DNA of 64,000 bases from an uncultured Cytophagales bacterium. GTDB lineage: Bacteria > Bacteroidota > Bacteroidia > Cytophagales > Thermoflexibacteraceae. Position numbers and translations under genes: made by a program. The notes below the pieces were generated by a model. That model searched no databases. It saw nothing but the letters and a program-made list of their open reading frames with translations, and was not told where the DNA came from. Positions 30,436 to 39,877 of the stretch are shown piece after piece (the stretch's first letter is position 1; the number at the start of each line of letters is the position of its first letter). The stretch is from the NCBI GenBank assembly GCA_938039675.1, contig CALHUI010000008.1, positions 6,796 to 70,795 of the forward strand. Reading direction: 5' to 3'.

Positions 30436-31330
30436 GCGATGCATACTTTAAATCGTCAACCAACTCAATAAGGTCTTTAATTTGATTGATTATAGTGGCA
30501 TTATCCGATATTTGAATATCCTGTCCGACTATCTGATAACCACTCAGCAACAAATGTGAACCCGGAAAGCGTTTGCAAAGCAGATTAACGTAGGACTGCA
30601 CGTCGTCTTCGGGTGGAACAGAAGTGATAATGGTCAAAATATAATCGGGCTTATGAATGTCATACACCTGTGCCAAATCGCTTAGCGGGGTGCTTTGCCC
30701 CAAATAAATTACCTTATGACCGCGCGATTTGATAATATAGTAGCTGAATAAGAGACTGATTTCATGCAACTCTCCTTCGGGCAGAAACAACATGAATTTC
30801 TTTTGATTCGGGCGCGGTTCAAATTGTCCATCAATGGCAACAATAATTTTCTGACGAATCAGGTTGGTAATAAAGTGCTCCTGTGCCGGATTGATAGCAT
30901 CCGTAGTCCAAAGTGTACCAATTTTGATGAGAAACGGATAAATAATATTAATCATGGTTTTCTCAAATCCATATTGCAGGATGTTAGTAGCCATGATTTT
31001 TTCAAATTGTGCCTCGTCCAAATCTATCATAGCAAGTGTTAGGGCATTAATCTGGTTTTCAAAATTGCCCGTCTGATAGATGGTTTCCATTACTTTGGCA
31101 CAAATTTCCTCATGGCTCATTTGGGCTATTTTGGATATTTTAATGCCTTGATTATTCAACAAGGCTATGTTGAGCATCATTTTGAGCTCTGATGGGCCGT
31201 AAAGCCTTATATTGGTATCGGTTCGGTCGGGTTTAAGAATCCCATATCGCTGCTCCCACATCCTGATGGTATGCGCTTTGATACCAGTCAGGTTTTCCAA
31301 ATCTTTAATAGAATAACTCCCCACGTTCAT
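30413..31330 (-). CDS. MerR-family, B12-dependent photoreceptor-type regulator (CarH/LitR-like)
   Basis: It has an N-terminal MerR HTH (YSIKDLENLTGIKAHTIRMWEQRYG), a four-helix-bundle Wx9EH motif (LWTTDAINPAQEHF) and a Rossmann B12 domain with ExHExx (PEGELHEISL). Confidence 0.8.
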   Translation of the reverse strand: MNVGSYSIKDLENLTGIKAHTIRMWEQRYGILKPDRTDTNIRLYGPSELKMMLNIALLNNQGIKISKIAQMSHEEICAKVMETIYQTGNFENQINALTLAMIDLDEAQFEKIMATNILQYGFEKTMINIIYPFLIKIGTLWTTDAINPAQEHFITNLIRQKIIVAIDGQFEPRPNQKKFMLFLPEGELHEISLLFSYYIIKSRGHKVIYLGQSTPLSDLAQVYDIHKPDYILTIITSVPPEDDVQSYVNLLCKRFPGSHLLLSGYQIVGQDIQISDNATIINQIKDLIELVDDLKYASPNKQIQA

Positions 31331-31352
31331 ATCGGCTACATATGATGATGCG

Positions 31353-31369
31353 GCTTATCTGCGATAAGC
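31353..31369. promoter_or_regulatory. 17-bp palindrome GCTTATC-TGC-GATAAGC upstream of the CarH-like gene
   Basis: Perfect 7-bp arms, 23 nt upstream of the ATG at 31330. It is flanked by a longer-range 9-10 bp inverted repeat (31344-31353 / 31425-31433). Confidence 0.35.
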
Positions 31370-31481
31370 TGCTGGTTGTTGAATAGTTAAAGTTTGTTGA
31401 AAGTTTACGGAAAAATATGTTACTCCGCATCATTCCAGTTACTTTAGAACAAGCCTTTTGAGGAAATTGTTTGATGAAAAG

Positions 31482-33497
31482 CTATGATTTTTGTTGCACG
31501 AGCGTGCTGTTATGTTCGTATTCTGCCGATAGTGCGGCTGTGCAAACGCATGGCAAGGAGATATAAAATGTGCTACCCTTGCCTCGTACGGAGTGAAAGC
31601 CGATAGTTCCTCCGCTTTTTTCAATGAGTTCTTTACAAAAGGTCAAACCCAGCCCACTACCCGACTCCCCTGCCGTACCGCGACGGGGCAGGCCGGCAAT
31701 ATCACTAAAAACGGTTGCTTGTTTTTCTTCGGCGATACCTATGCCGTTATCTTGAACGAAAATAATGGCAGATTTACGGTCTTCGCTCGATTGGGCATAC
31801 AGCATAATTTCACCGAAAACATGGGTAAACTTAATTGCGTTGCCAATCAGGTTGCGCAGTATGATACGCAAGTGCTCAGGTTCTATTCTGACGGACAGTT
31901 CGGTGGGAATGCAATTATTCACTTGTATTTTTTTGCGTTGCAGCAACTCGGCAAAAAGCTGCAATTGTAACTCTATGGTTTCATACACGTTTACACATTC
32001 TTCTGAAAGTTGTGTTTCCTGACCGCGCATTTGTACTTTTGCCCAAGCCAAAAGGTTTTCCATCGTTTCGGAAAGTCCTTTAATGTTGTTTTTCAAATGT
32101 TTGAGCAATACTTTCATTTCCGCAGGCTTGATTTCTTTGTTGTCAAGCATCAGCAGAATGGAATAAAGACTGTTGATAGGCGATTGTAAATCGTGGCTGA
32201 TAATAGCAAAAAGTTTATTTTTGGTTTGGTCTATGGCTTGCAGCCGATGGGATTGTTGCTCGGCAGTGGTAAGTGCTTGCTGCAACTGTGCATTCAACTT
32301 TGAAATCTTTTGATGACTTTGCTGCAAAACAATATTGTTGCGGGTTGCCGTCTGACTCCTTTGCCAAAGTATGACGGCTACTAAAATAACGGCTATCAGA
32401 AAGACAACCAATAACATAATGGCATAACGTTGGGCTTTGGCATTGGCTAATTCCTTTTCTAACTCTTTTTCGGCCGCCTTCTTTTCGTATTCATAGGAAA
32501 GTGCAAGAGCTTTGTTGTTTTTTTCCATGCGCAAAACCTCATCATTAGTAGATGCACTGATTTTGAGGTACTTAATGGCATTGGCTAAATCGCCGATTTG
32601 TTCGTAGGCATTGGCCAGCAAATTGGCAGCCTGTATGGCATGGCGCACTTCATGAATCTGCTTGGCTGTTTGATAGGCATCTTCGGCAAGTTGAATGGCT
32701 GTTTGTTGTCGGTACTGTTGCTGTGCAATGCTTGCCAAGCCTATCAGCGAGCGCGAACGAGCTCGCTTGTCTTGCAGTTGTTCCGCCACCCGAATGGCTT
32801 TTTCAAAATAATACCTTGCACTGTCAATGTTTTTGTTGTGTAAGTGAATAAAACCGATATTATTTTCGGTAATAATCCGCGCTTGGTCGTTATTAACCTG
32901 TTGCCACATGGCAAGCGCACCGTAGAGATACCACGCTGCCGAGTCATACTCGTGCGATTTAAATTTTGCTTCTCCCAAATTGTTCTTCGTATAGCCTAAC
33001 CCCTCGGCGAAGCCGTATTTGCGATTAATAGCCAGTGCTTGGTGCAAATAATCCAGTGCCAGCGAAATACTTTCTTGTTGCAGGTAGGCAAAACCTATAT
33101 TGCTCAAACAAGAGGCTATGCCTCGCTTGTCATTGAGTTGCTGCCTGATGAAAAGTGCTTTAAAAAAGTATTCTAATGCGCTCGGGTCTTCACCGTTCAG
33201 CAGGCGGATGGCGGCTATACTGTTGTAGGCAAGTGCCTTACCTCTTTTGTAAGAGATTTTTCGGGAAAGGTCTGATGCCAGATTGGTATAATATTCGGCA
33301 GAGTCGGGCTGTCTGTACCAGTAAAACTTAGCAAGTCGCAGTTGTACATTTACCCGAGTAGTATCGGGCAACTGTTGCCGCAAAATATGGTGGAGGCTGT
33401 CGGCAAAGTTTTGACTGTATGCTATGCCGGGCAGAGCACATCCTAAAACGCAAAGGCAGCAAAGCACAAGACGCAAGAAGGCTTTCTGAGGTAGCAA
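31482..33497 (-). CDS. Sensor histidine kinase with periplasmic TPR repeats
   Basis: 671 aa with a signal peptide, about 7 TPR-like repeats and one TM (AIMLLVVFLIAVILVAVILW). It also has an H-box FAIISHDLQSP, an N-box LIGNAIKFT and G-boxes DNGIGI and GSGLGLTF. Confidence 0.85.
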   Translation of the reverse strand: MLPQKAFLRLVLCCLCVLGCALPGIAYSQNFADSLHHILRQQLPDTTRVNVQLRLAKFYWYRQPDSAEYYTNLASDLSRKISYKRGKALAYNSIAAIRLLNGEDPSALEYFFKALFIRQQLNDKRGIASCLSNIGFAYLQQESISLALDYLHQALAINRKYGFAEGLGYTKNNLGEAKFKSHEYDSAAWYLYGALAMWQQVNNDQARIITENNIGFIHLHNKNIDSARYYFEKAIRVAEQLQDKRARSRSLIGLASIAQQQYRQQTAIQLAEDAYQTAKQIHEVRHAIQAANLLANAYEQIGDLANAIKYLKISASTNDEVLRMEKNNKALALSYEYEKKAAEKELEKELANAKAQRYAIMLLVVFLIAVILVAVILWQRSQTATRNNIVLQQSHQKISKLNAQLQQALTTAEQQSHRLQAIDQTKNKLFAIISHDLQSPINSLYSILLMLDNKEIKPAEMKVLLKHLKNNIKGLSETMENLLAWAKVQMRGQETQLSEECVNVYETIELQLQLFAELLQRKKIQVNNCIPTELSVRIEPEHLRIILRNLIGNAIKFTHVFGEIMLYAQSSEDRKSAIIFVQDNGIGIAEEKQATVFSDIAGLPRRGTAGESGSGLGLTFCKELIEKSGGTIGFHSVRGKGSTFYISLPCVCTAALSAEYEHNSTLVQQKS

Positions 33498-33559
33498 ACA
33501 ATCTGAGGATATTGGTTAATGCTCAAATTAACGAATTCCTAATGATTTTAAAAAGCACA

Positions 33560-34303
33560 CTAACGTATGTTCAGGCTGTTTTTGACGGCACCCCATTCAG
33601 CCACAGGCATTTGCACCAACATGGGTTTATGGGTTGCTTTCAGCCAGCTTAGCAATTGCAGCATCTCCTCGCGCAGCATAGCCGTGCAGCCTGCCGTACC
33701 TTTTGGATTTTGTGGTGTTCCGGCGCTGAGGTGTATAAAAATGCAGGAACCGCTACCCGGTTGTACGGGTTGTGTATTGTAGCCTATAACAATGCCCAAG
33801 CGGTAAAGTTCATCTTTGCGCTGCATATCTTCATGGCTTTTCCAGTCAGCTTTTGCAATACTGTCGCGGCTGATAATCTGATTGTAATAACGCGATTGAG
33901 GGTCGTCTATGCAGAGCGTTTGTTCGTTCACGCGCATATACGTAAACTCCCATGAGGGTTGTGGCCGGTCGTAGCCATAGGCATACAGCAACGGAAAAAT
34001 ACCTGCGGGCGACCTGCCGTCGCCTTCTTTTTTAATGGGCGCGGTTTTGTCTTTGGGGCTAAAAGGCTGTCTGCCATCCCATGCCATGCCGTTTTTACCG
34101 ATGGCTACCCAATAGGGTTGGGCTGCCTGTACCCATTCGGAGCGTTCATCGGCACGTTGGTAACACGTCAGTGTGGCCGTTATCTTGTGCCAACTGTCGG
34201 TTTGTACAACTATCAGCTGGCGACAGTCGGAAGGTAGCGATTGAGCTGCCGCAAAAAAAGGCATCACACTACCGATGAATAAAAACAAAAAGCATCGTAA
34301 CAT
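33560..34303 (-). CDS. L,D-transpeptidase (YkuD) family protein
   Basis: It has a signal peptide MLRCFLFLFIGSVMPFFAAAQ and a catalytic region GSGSCIFIHLS...GTAGCTAM (H...GC motif). The start at 34303 is preferred to the longer ORF. Confidence 0.65.
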   Translation of the reverse strand: MLRCFLFLFIGSVMPFFAAAQSLPSDCRQLIVVQTDSWHKITATLTCYQRADERSEWVQAAQPYWVAIGKNGMAWDGRQPFSPKDKTAPIKKEGDGRSPAGIFPLLYAYGYDRPQPSWEFTYMRVNEQTLCIDDPQSRYYNQIISRDSIAKADWKSHEDMQRKDELYRLGIVIGYNTQPVQPGSGSCIFIHLSAGTPQNPKGTAGCTAMLREEMLQLLSWLKATHKPMLVQMPVAEWGAVKNSLNIR

Positions 34304-34403
34304 GAATGCAAAATAAGCAATTACTCCCACTCGGTGCTCCGCACCGAAACATGCCATCTTGATTCTTTCCAACCGCTGCTAACGGCTTTCCGGATGATTG
34401 TTA

Positions 34404-34694
34404 CTACGCAATAAAGCGCCCGTGTTTATCGGCCGTTTTCAAATGCTGACAAAATTCTACTACCAAGTAGCCAAGATTACCGTCTTGCAGGGCTTTGTAG
34501 TCCAATATGTCGGTAAAAGTTTCTGCATGCATGGCATCCAACTGGGCAAATAGCGTTTTAAACCAATTTTCCCATTCGGCACGTGTACGAATCATCACAT
34601 TGTTGCCTTCCGGGTCTAAGTCCACAATGCCAAAATCGTCACCGCAAAGCTCGGCAAGGTCATTGAAATTGTGTGTGCTGACGTAGTGAAACAA
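34404..34694 (-). CDS. NTF2/SnoaL-like small protein (possibly N-terminally disrupted)
   Basis: 96-aa ORF from a TTG. An in-frame ATG at 34730 is separated from it only by a TGA codon at 34695-34697. Confidence 0.45.
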   Translation of the reverse strand: MFHYVSTHNFNDLAELCGDDFGIVDLDPEGNNVMIRTRAEWENWFKTLFAQLDAMHAETFTDILDYKALQDGNLGYLVVEFCQHLKTADKHGRFIA

Positions 34695-34889
34695 TCATTC
34701 TGTTTTATTGTAAAAAGGCATGTTTTTCATTTTCGTTAACCGGTTATTTGTACCATAACCGCAATACCCTGCCCGTTGTTTGGCATTTGCCTGATGATGA
34801 ATAACTTACCGCCCATTACATAAAAATTGCTAATTTCTCGAAATTCATGCGTAAAATCGCACCTGCAAACACTCTATTTTAGCGAAATT

Positions 34890-35636
34890 ATGGGTTTACT
34901 TCAAGGCAAAAATGCGCTGATTACGGGCGCTTCTAAGGGTATCGGACGGGCTATGGCAATCCGCTTTGCGCAAGAGGGTGCCAACGTAGGCTTTACCTAT
35001 CTTTCCAGCGTGGCACAAGGCGAAGCCCTGCAAAAAGAACTGGAAGCATTGGGCGTAAAAGCCATCGGCTACCGCTCCGATGCCTCCGACCATCAGGCTG
35101 CCGAACAACTGATAACACAATTCATTGCCGACTTCGGCAGTCTGGACATTCTGGTCAATAATGCCGGTATCACACGCGACGGCCTGCTGATGCGCATGAG
35201 CGAAGAGCAATGGGATGCGGTTATCAATACCAACCTCAAATCGGTATTTAACCTCACCAAAGCAGCTACTAAGTACCTGATGAAGCAAAAATTCGGCTCT
35301 GTCATCAATATCACTTCTGTTGTAGGCATCAAAGGCAATGCCGGCCAAGCTAACTATGCGGCTTCCAAAGCTGGTATCATCGGCTTTACCAAATCGGTAG
35401 CTTTGGAACTTGGTTCGCGCAATATTCGCTGCAATGCCATTGCGCCGGGCTTTATTGAAACAGAAATGACCGCGCAGTTAGACCCCAAAGTAGTGGAAAG
35501 TTGGAAAGAAGCCATCCCGATGAAGCGCGGCGGTACTCCCGAGGAGGTGGCTGACTGTGCCGTATTCCTTGGCTCCGACTTATCCCGCTACATCACCGGG
35601 CAGGTATTGCAGGTGAACGGCGGTATGCTGACATAG
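34890..35636 (+). CDS. fabG: 3-oxoacyl-[acyl-carrier-protein] reductase
   Basis: 248 aa from the ATG at 34890, with TGASKGIG, NNAG, YAASKAG (YxxxK) and a GQVLQVNGGM C-terminus. Confidence 0.9.
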   Translation: MGLLQGKNALITGASKGIGRAMAIRFAQEGANVGFTYLSSVAQGEALQKELEALGVKAIGYRSDASDHQAAEQLITQFIADFGSLDILVNNAGITRDGLLMRMSEEQWDAVINTNLKSVFNLTKAATKYLMKQKFGSVINITSVVGIKGNAGQANYAASKAGIIGFTKSVALELGSRNIRCNAIAPGFIETEMTAQLDPKVVESWKEAIPMKRGGTPEEVADCAVFLGSDLSRYITGQVLQVNGGMLT

Positions 35637-35810
35637 TAAGAAAGTACGCAATCAGAGGTAAATTATTTCGAAATGCGGACTGCGAATTAAAAATCAGCAA
35701 AAAATTGTATCATCCGCAGCAGTCCACTTACACTCTGCAATGAGTTTACAGTTGATTACACATAAGCGCGATTGATTTACAAAAAATTTATATAAGTTGC
35801 TAAACAGGCA

Positions 35811-35846
35811 GTTTGATGTATAACTTACAAAAGTTATACATCAAAC
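35811..35846. repeat. Perfect 16-bp inverted repeat with 4-nt loop
   Basis: gtttgatgtataactt-acaa-aagttatacatcaaac lies in the 325-bp gap between fabG and the MbnP-like gene. No U-tract follows it. Confidence 0.6.
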
Positions 35847-35898
35847 CTGACGTTGAAGCCCATCAGGCAGGCTTAAAAGTGCCTACTGTTTATTTGAT

Positions 35899-35939
35899 AA
35901 AAAACCCGACAGAAGCAAAAAATTCTGTCGGGTTTTTTT
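35899..35939. terminator. Bidirectional rho-independent terminator
   Basis: 10-bp stem cccgacagaa/ttctgtcggg flanked by an A-run and a T7 run, 23 nt from the stop of the minus-strand gene at 35962. Confidence 0.8.
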
Positions 35940-35961
35940 ATATTTTGGCACAACCTGTCAT

Positions 35962-36699
35962 CTAAGGATTCACCGCCCGAATGCGAAACATATTGGCAGC
36001 GTAGTTATCGGCTACTTGTGCTGCAATCGGCCCCATCATCACAGTACTTTGCCTGTTGAGATTAATCACATTCGGCGCATTAAACATTGCGCTCACTTCT
36101 ACTTCTATAGCAATCTTGGTTTGCGTACGGTTGCCGGTGTCAATTGTAGTACTCAACGGCAAGCGAATAATGCGATAGTTTTCATCACCGCCTATATGGA
36201 ATACAAGCCCACGTGGGCTGCCCGAAGGAGGAAACAGGCGGCCTTCCAATAGTACGAATTTGTAACCCGTGTTCCAGTCCCATGCCATGTTGTTAGACGG
36301 GTCTAAGTCGCCTACTTGGTCGGTTGAGAGGTTGCGTTTAGGGTCCACCCCAACGGCAAATTCTACCATATCATATTTACCTTCCGGCACCTCAAAAGGC
36401 AATTCAAACAAATGGGTATTTTCTTTGCGCACCACCAAATGATAACTATTGGGCACAGCAAACGAATCGCGTGTGATAGTATTTCTGAACTTAACATTGC
36501 TCAGGTAAAACTGAAACCGCTCAATGCTAAACACATCGCCGTTTGCGTTTTGATACTGCTTGTCGGCCAGTATCAAGGGCTGCCCGTCAAACTGAATGGC
36601 TAAATTGAGTGCAATTTGATTGCTGACCGCAGGCTGGGGAATATCGCAGCCCCAAACCGTAGAAACTGCCAGCAAAAGCACCAGAATAAATTTTTTCAT
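35962..36699 (-). CDS. MbnP-like family lipoprotein (putative copper-binding)
   Basis: 245 aa with a lipobox (WGC). The FQFYLSNVKF, YHLV, VPEGKYDMVEFAVGVD, GDLDPSNNMAWDWNTGYKFVLLEG and VFHIGGD patterns are as I remember them for MbnP-family proteins. Confidence 0.5.
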   Translation of the reverse strand: MKKFILVLLLAVSTVWGCDIPQPAVSNQIALNLAIQFDGQPLILADKQYQNANGDVFSIERFQFYLSNVKFRNTITRDSFAVPNSYHLVVRKENTHLFELPFEVPEGKYDMVEFAVGVDPKRNLSTDQVGDLDPSNNMAWDWNTGYKFVLLEGRLFPPSGSPRGLVFHIGGDENYRIIRLPLSTTIDTGNRTQTKIAIEVEVSAMFNAPNVINLNRQSTVMMGPIAAQVADNYAANMFRIRAVNP

Positions 36700-36890
36700 G
36701 GTAAAATAATGGTTTGGACAATGGAACGTTAATAATTAGACAACTTATACTGTTGCCTGCCGCTGTGTCGGCAAAAGAGTGTAATTTTAAGCTGCAAATA
36801 CAGCGTTGCCACTTTTTGATTCACCCTTTGTGCAACCTAATTGCAAAAATAACATAACAATACTTACCGTAGTTCCAAAGCTAAACACAC

Positions 36891-38378
36891 ATGATTGACG
36901 AAACCTTGTTGGGAACGCGCCAGAAAGCGCTGAAAATCAATTTAGATAAGCGTATTTACGGCTCATTTGCCGAAATTGGCGCAGGGCAGGAAGTAGCCTC
37001 CATTTTCTTTAAAGCTGGCGGGGCTTCGGGTACTATTGCCAAAACCATGTCGGCATATGATATGACCTTCAGTAATGCTATTTATGGTGAAGACAAGCGC
37101 TATGTGTGCGAGTCGCGACTGAATAAAATGTTTACACATGAGTACAATTTGTTAGTGGAGCGTCTCGACAAAAAACGTGGCGACCACACTAACTTTTTTG
37201 TATTTGCTAATACCGTTGAAGCGCTGAACTACCAGAAAAGCAACCAAGGACACGGATGGATTGGCGTAAGATTCCAACTCTCGCCGCGCAGCATCCCTAA
37301 CGATGCCGTTATCCATGTAAAAATGCACGACAACGATGCCTTGCTACAACAGCAAGCCTTGGGTATTATTGGCGTAAATCTGCTGTATGCCTGCTTTTAC
37401 CTGCACGACGACCCCGAAGCAATGGTTAAGTCATTAATGGACAATCTGCGCCGCGACCGCATAGAGGTTGACATGTTCCGCCTGACAGGACCAAACTTTA
37501 AACATGTGGATAATCGCCTGCTAAGTCTGCAATTGGTGCAGCACGGACTGACCGAAGCAGCGCTTTTCGGCCCCGACGGCAACGTATTGCAAGCCTCCGA
37601 GGCATTTTACAAGAAAAACGTCCTTGTACTGCGCGGCCGCTTCCGCCCGCTGACGCAAGTCAATATGGACATGCTCGAAACAGGCTATCAGATGTTCATC
37701 CATGAACAGGGCGTACAACCCGACAACACCCTGAAAATAGCCGAACTGACCCTGCAAGATTTAAAAGCAGCCGACCCCGATATTGACGAAAAAGACTTTC
37801 TCGACCGCGTAGATATTCTCTGCTCCCAAGGGCTTACCGTATTGATTTCCAATTATCAGCGCTACCACCGGTTGGTAGGCTATCTGGCAACGCAAACCAA
37901 ACAGCAAATCGGTGTTATTTTGGGCATCTACAACCTGCAAACCATTTTTGACGAAAGTTTGTATGAGCAATTGCCGGGTGGAATTTTGGAAGCATTTAGT
38001 ACCCTGTTCAAAAAGAATGTACGACTCTACGTATATCCTTTCCTAAATCAGCAAACCAAGGTGCTGCATACCTGCGAAAACTTCCAACTTGCCGAATCTC
38101 AACGCCATTTGTTTACACACCTAATGGCTAACCAGCGCATCCGCGACATCAAAAATGCAAACTTGGACAACCTGTACATAATTTCCGACCACGTACTAGC
38201 CATGATTAAGCAAGCAAAAGAGGGTTGGGAAAACATGGTGCCCGAAGAAGTGGCAAGGCTTATCAAGGACAAATGCCTGTTCGGGTATCCTTGCGACCGT
38301 ATTAAAGCAGGCTTCTTCTTAGATACGCCGCGTGCCATAGACGCACTGCCAGAATTTGAAGAGCCGCCATTATTGTAA
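36891..38378 (+). CDS. Conserved cytoplasmic protein of unknown function
   Basis: 495-aa ORF with good coding character and no signal peptide. It has an N-terminal IYGSFAEIGAGQEV motif. I cannot assign the family with confidence. Confidence 0.65.
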   Translation: MIDETLLGTRQKALKINLDKRIYGSFAEIGAGQEVASIFFKAGGASGTIAKTMSAYDMTFSNAIYGEDKRYVCESRLNKMFTHEYNLLVERLDKKRGDHTNFFVFANTVEALNYQKSNQGHGWIGVRFQLSPRSIPNDAVIHVKMHDNDALLQQQALGIIGVNLLYACFYLHDDPEAMVKSLMDNLRRDRIEVDMFRLTGPNFKHVDNRLLSLQLVQHGLTEAALFGPDGNVLQASEAFYKKNVLVLRGRFRPLTQVNMDMLETGYQMFIHEQGVQPDNTLKIAELTLQDLKAADPDIDEKDFLDRVDILCSQGLTVLISNYQRYHRLVGYLATQTKQQIGVILGIYNLQTIFDESLYEQLPGGILEAFSTLFKKNVRLYVYPFLNQQTKVLHTCENFQLAESQRHLFTHLMANQRIRDIKNANLDNLYIISDHVLAMIKQAKEGWENMVPEEVARLIKDKCLFGYPCDRIKAGFFLDTPRAIDALPEFEEPPLL

Positions 38379-38438
38379 AAATTTTATTATTCCCGGAAAT
38401 ATTACAACCCATTCCATAGCAAAAAAACCGCTAAGTTT

Positions 38439-39863
38439 GTGTTTAAATTGAAGAAAGAATTGGCACTCATAAAATCAATATCGGGAATCAGAGGAGTTGT
38501 AGGCGGGAGAGCGGGAGAATCGCTGACCCCACCGGACGTAGTTTGCTACACTGCTGCATTTGGCACTTGGGTAATGAAGCACTCCGCAGAACACAAAGTA
38601 AAAGTAGTAGTGGGCAGAGATGCACGTACCTCAGGAGAAATGATTAACCGATTAGTCGTTTCTACCTTGCAAAGTCTGGGTATAGATGTAATAGATTTAG
38701 GACTGTCCACAACGCCTACTGTAGAAATTGCCGTTCAAGAGGAACAGGCAGGCGGAGGCATTATCATCACAGCTAGCCACAACCCCGGCAACTGGAATGC
38801 ACTCAAACTGTTAAACAGCAAAGGTGAATTTATTTCATCCAAAGACGGTACAGAGGTGCTGGCAATTGCCGAAAATAACCATATTGACTATGCACGCGCA
38901 GGCAGTTTGGGCAGCTATACGCTGAATCATACATATCTGCAAAAACACATAGAAAAAATTTTGGCTTTGCCTTTGGTAGACAAAGCAGCCATAACAGCGG
39001 CCAACTTTGAAATTGTGGTAGATGGCGTTAATTCTACCGGCGGTATTGCCGTGCCTATGTTATTGGAAGCATTGGGTGTTCAAAAAATAGAAAAACTCTA
39101 TTGCGAACCTAACGGCATGTTTCCACACAACCCCGAACCACTGCCCGAAAACCTGACACACATTTGCAACAAATTAGAAGCAGGGAACTATGACCTTGGA
39201 ATCGTAGTAGACCCCGACGTGGACAGGTTGGCACTTATTTGCGAAGACGGTACTCCCTTTGGCGAAGAATATACGCTGGTAGCGGTGGCAGACTACGTGC
39301 TGAGCCAAAACGGAGGCGGTAACACGGTGTCTAACCTCTCCTCTACCCGTGCCCTGCGCGACATCACACAAAAAAGGGGAGGACAGTATTTTGCAGCAGC
39401 CGTTGGTGAAGTAAACGTAGTTGCAGCCATGAAGGCTCATAAAGCCATTATCGGAGGCGAAGGAAACGGGGGAGTTATCTATCCCGAACTGCACTATGGC
39501 AGAGATGCACTCGTGGGCATTGCCCTATTCCTGACACACTTGGCAAAATTTGGCAAATCTGCCCAAATGCTGAGAGCTACCTATCCGAAATATTACATCT
39601 CAAAAAATAAGATAGAACTCAACAATGGAATCAATGTAGACGCCATATTTGCCAAATTACAAGAACGATACAGCAAGCAGCCCATCAACTTGACTGACGG
39701 CGTGAAGATTGAATTTGACCGCGAATGGGTGCATTTGCGCAAATCCAATACAGAGCCTATCATTCGCATCTATGCCGAGTCGGAATCGCAAGCGACTGCC
39801 GATTTTCTTGCTAACAAAATCATCAGCGACATCAAAGAATTTATCGCCTATAACGCCAACTAA
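38439..39863 (+). CDS. glmM: Phosphoglucosamine mutase / phosphohexomutase
   Basis: It has SISGIRG, the active-site TASHNPGNWNALK, the Mg site DPDVDR and GGEGNGG. The start is uncertain: GTG at 38439, or TTG at 38460 giving MALIKSISGIRG. Confidence 0.85.
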   Translation: MFKLKKELALIKSISGIRGVVGGRAGESLTPPDVVCYTAAFGTWVMKHSAEHKVKVVVGRDARTSGEMINRLVVSTLQSLGIDVIDLGLSTTPTVEIAVQEEQAGGGIIITASHNPGNWNALKLLNSKGEFISSKDGTEVLAIAENNHIDYARAGSLGSYTLNHTYLQKHIEKILALPLVDKAAITAANFEIVVDGVNSTGGIAVPMLLEALGVQKIEKLYCEPNGMFPHNPEPLPENLTHICNKLEAGNYDLGIVVDPDVDRLALICEDGTPFGEEYTLVAVADYVLSQNGGGNTVSNLSSTRALRDITQKRGGQYFAAAVGEVNVVAAMKAHKAIIGGEGNGGVIYPELHYGRDALVGIALFLTHLAKFGKSAQMLRATYPKYYISKNKIELNNGINVDAIFAKLQERYSKQPINLTDGVKIEFDREWVHLRKSNTEPIIRIYAESESQATADFLANKIISDIKEFIAYNAN

Positions 39864-39877
39864 AATATTTTTGAAAG

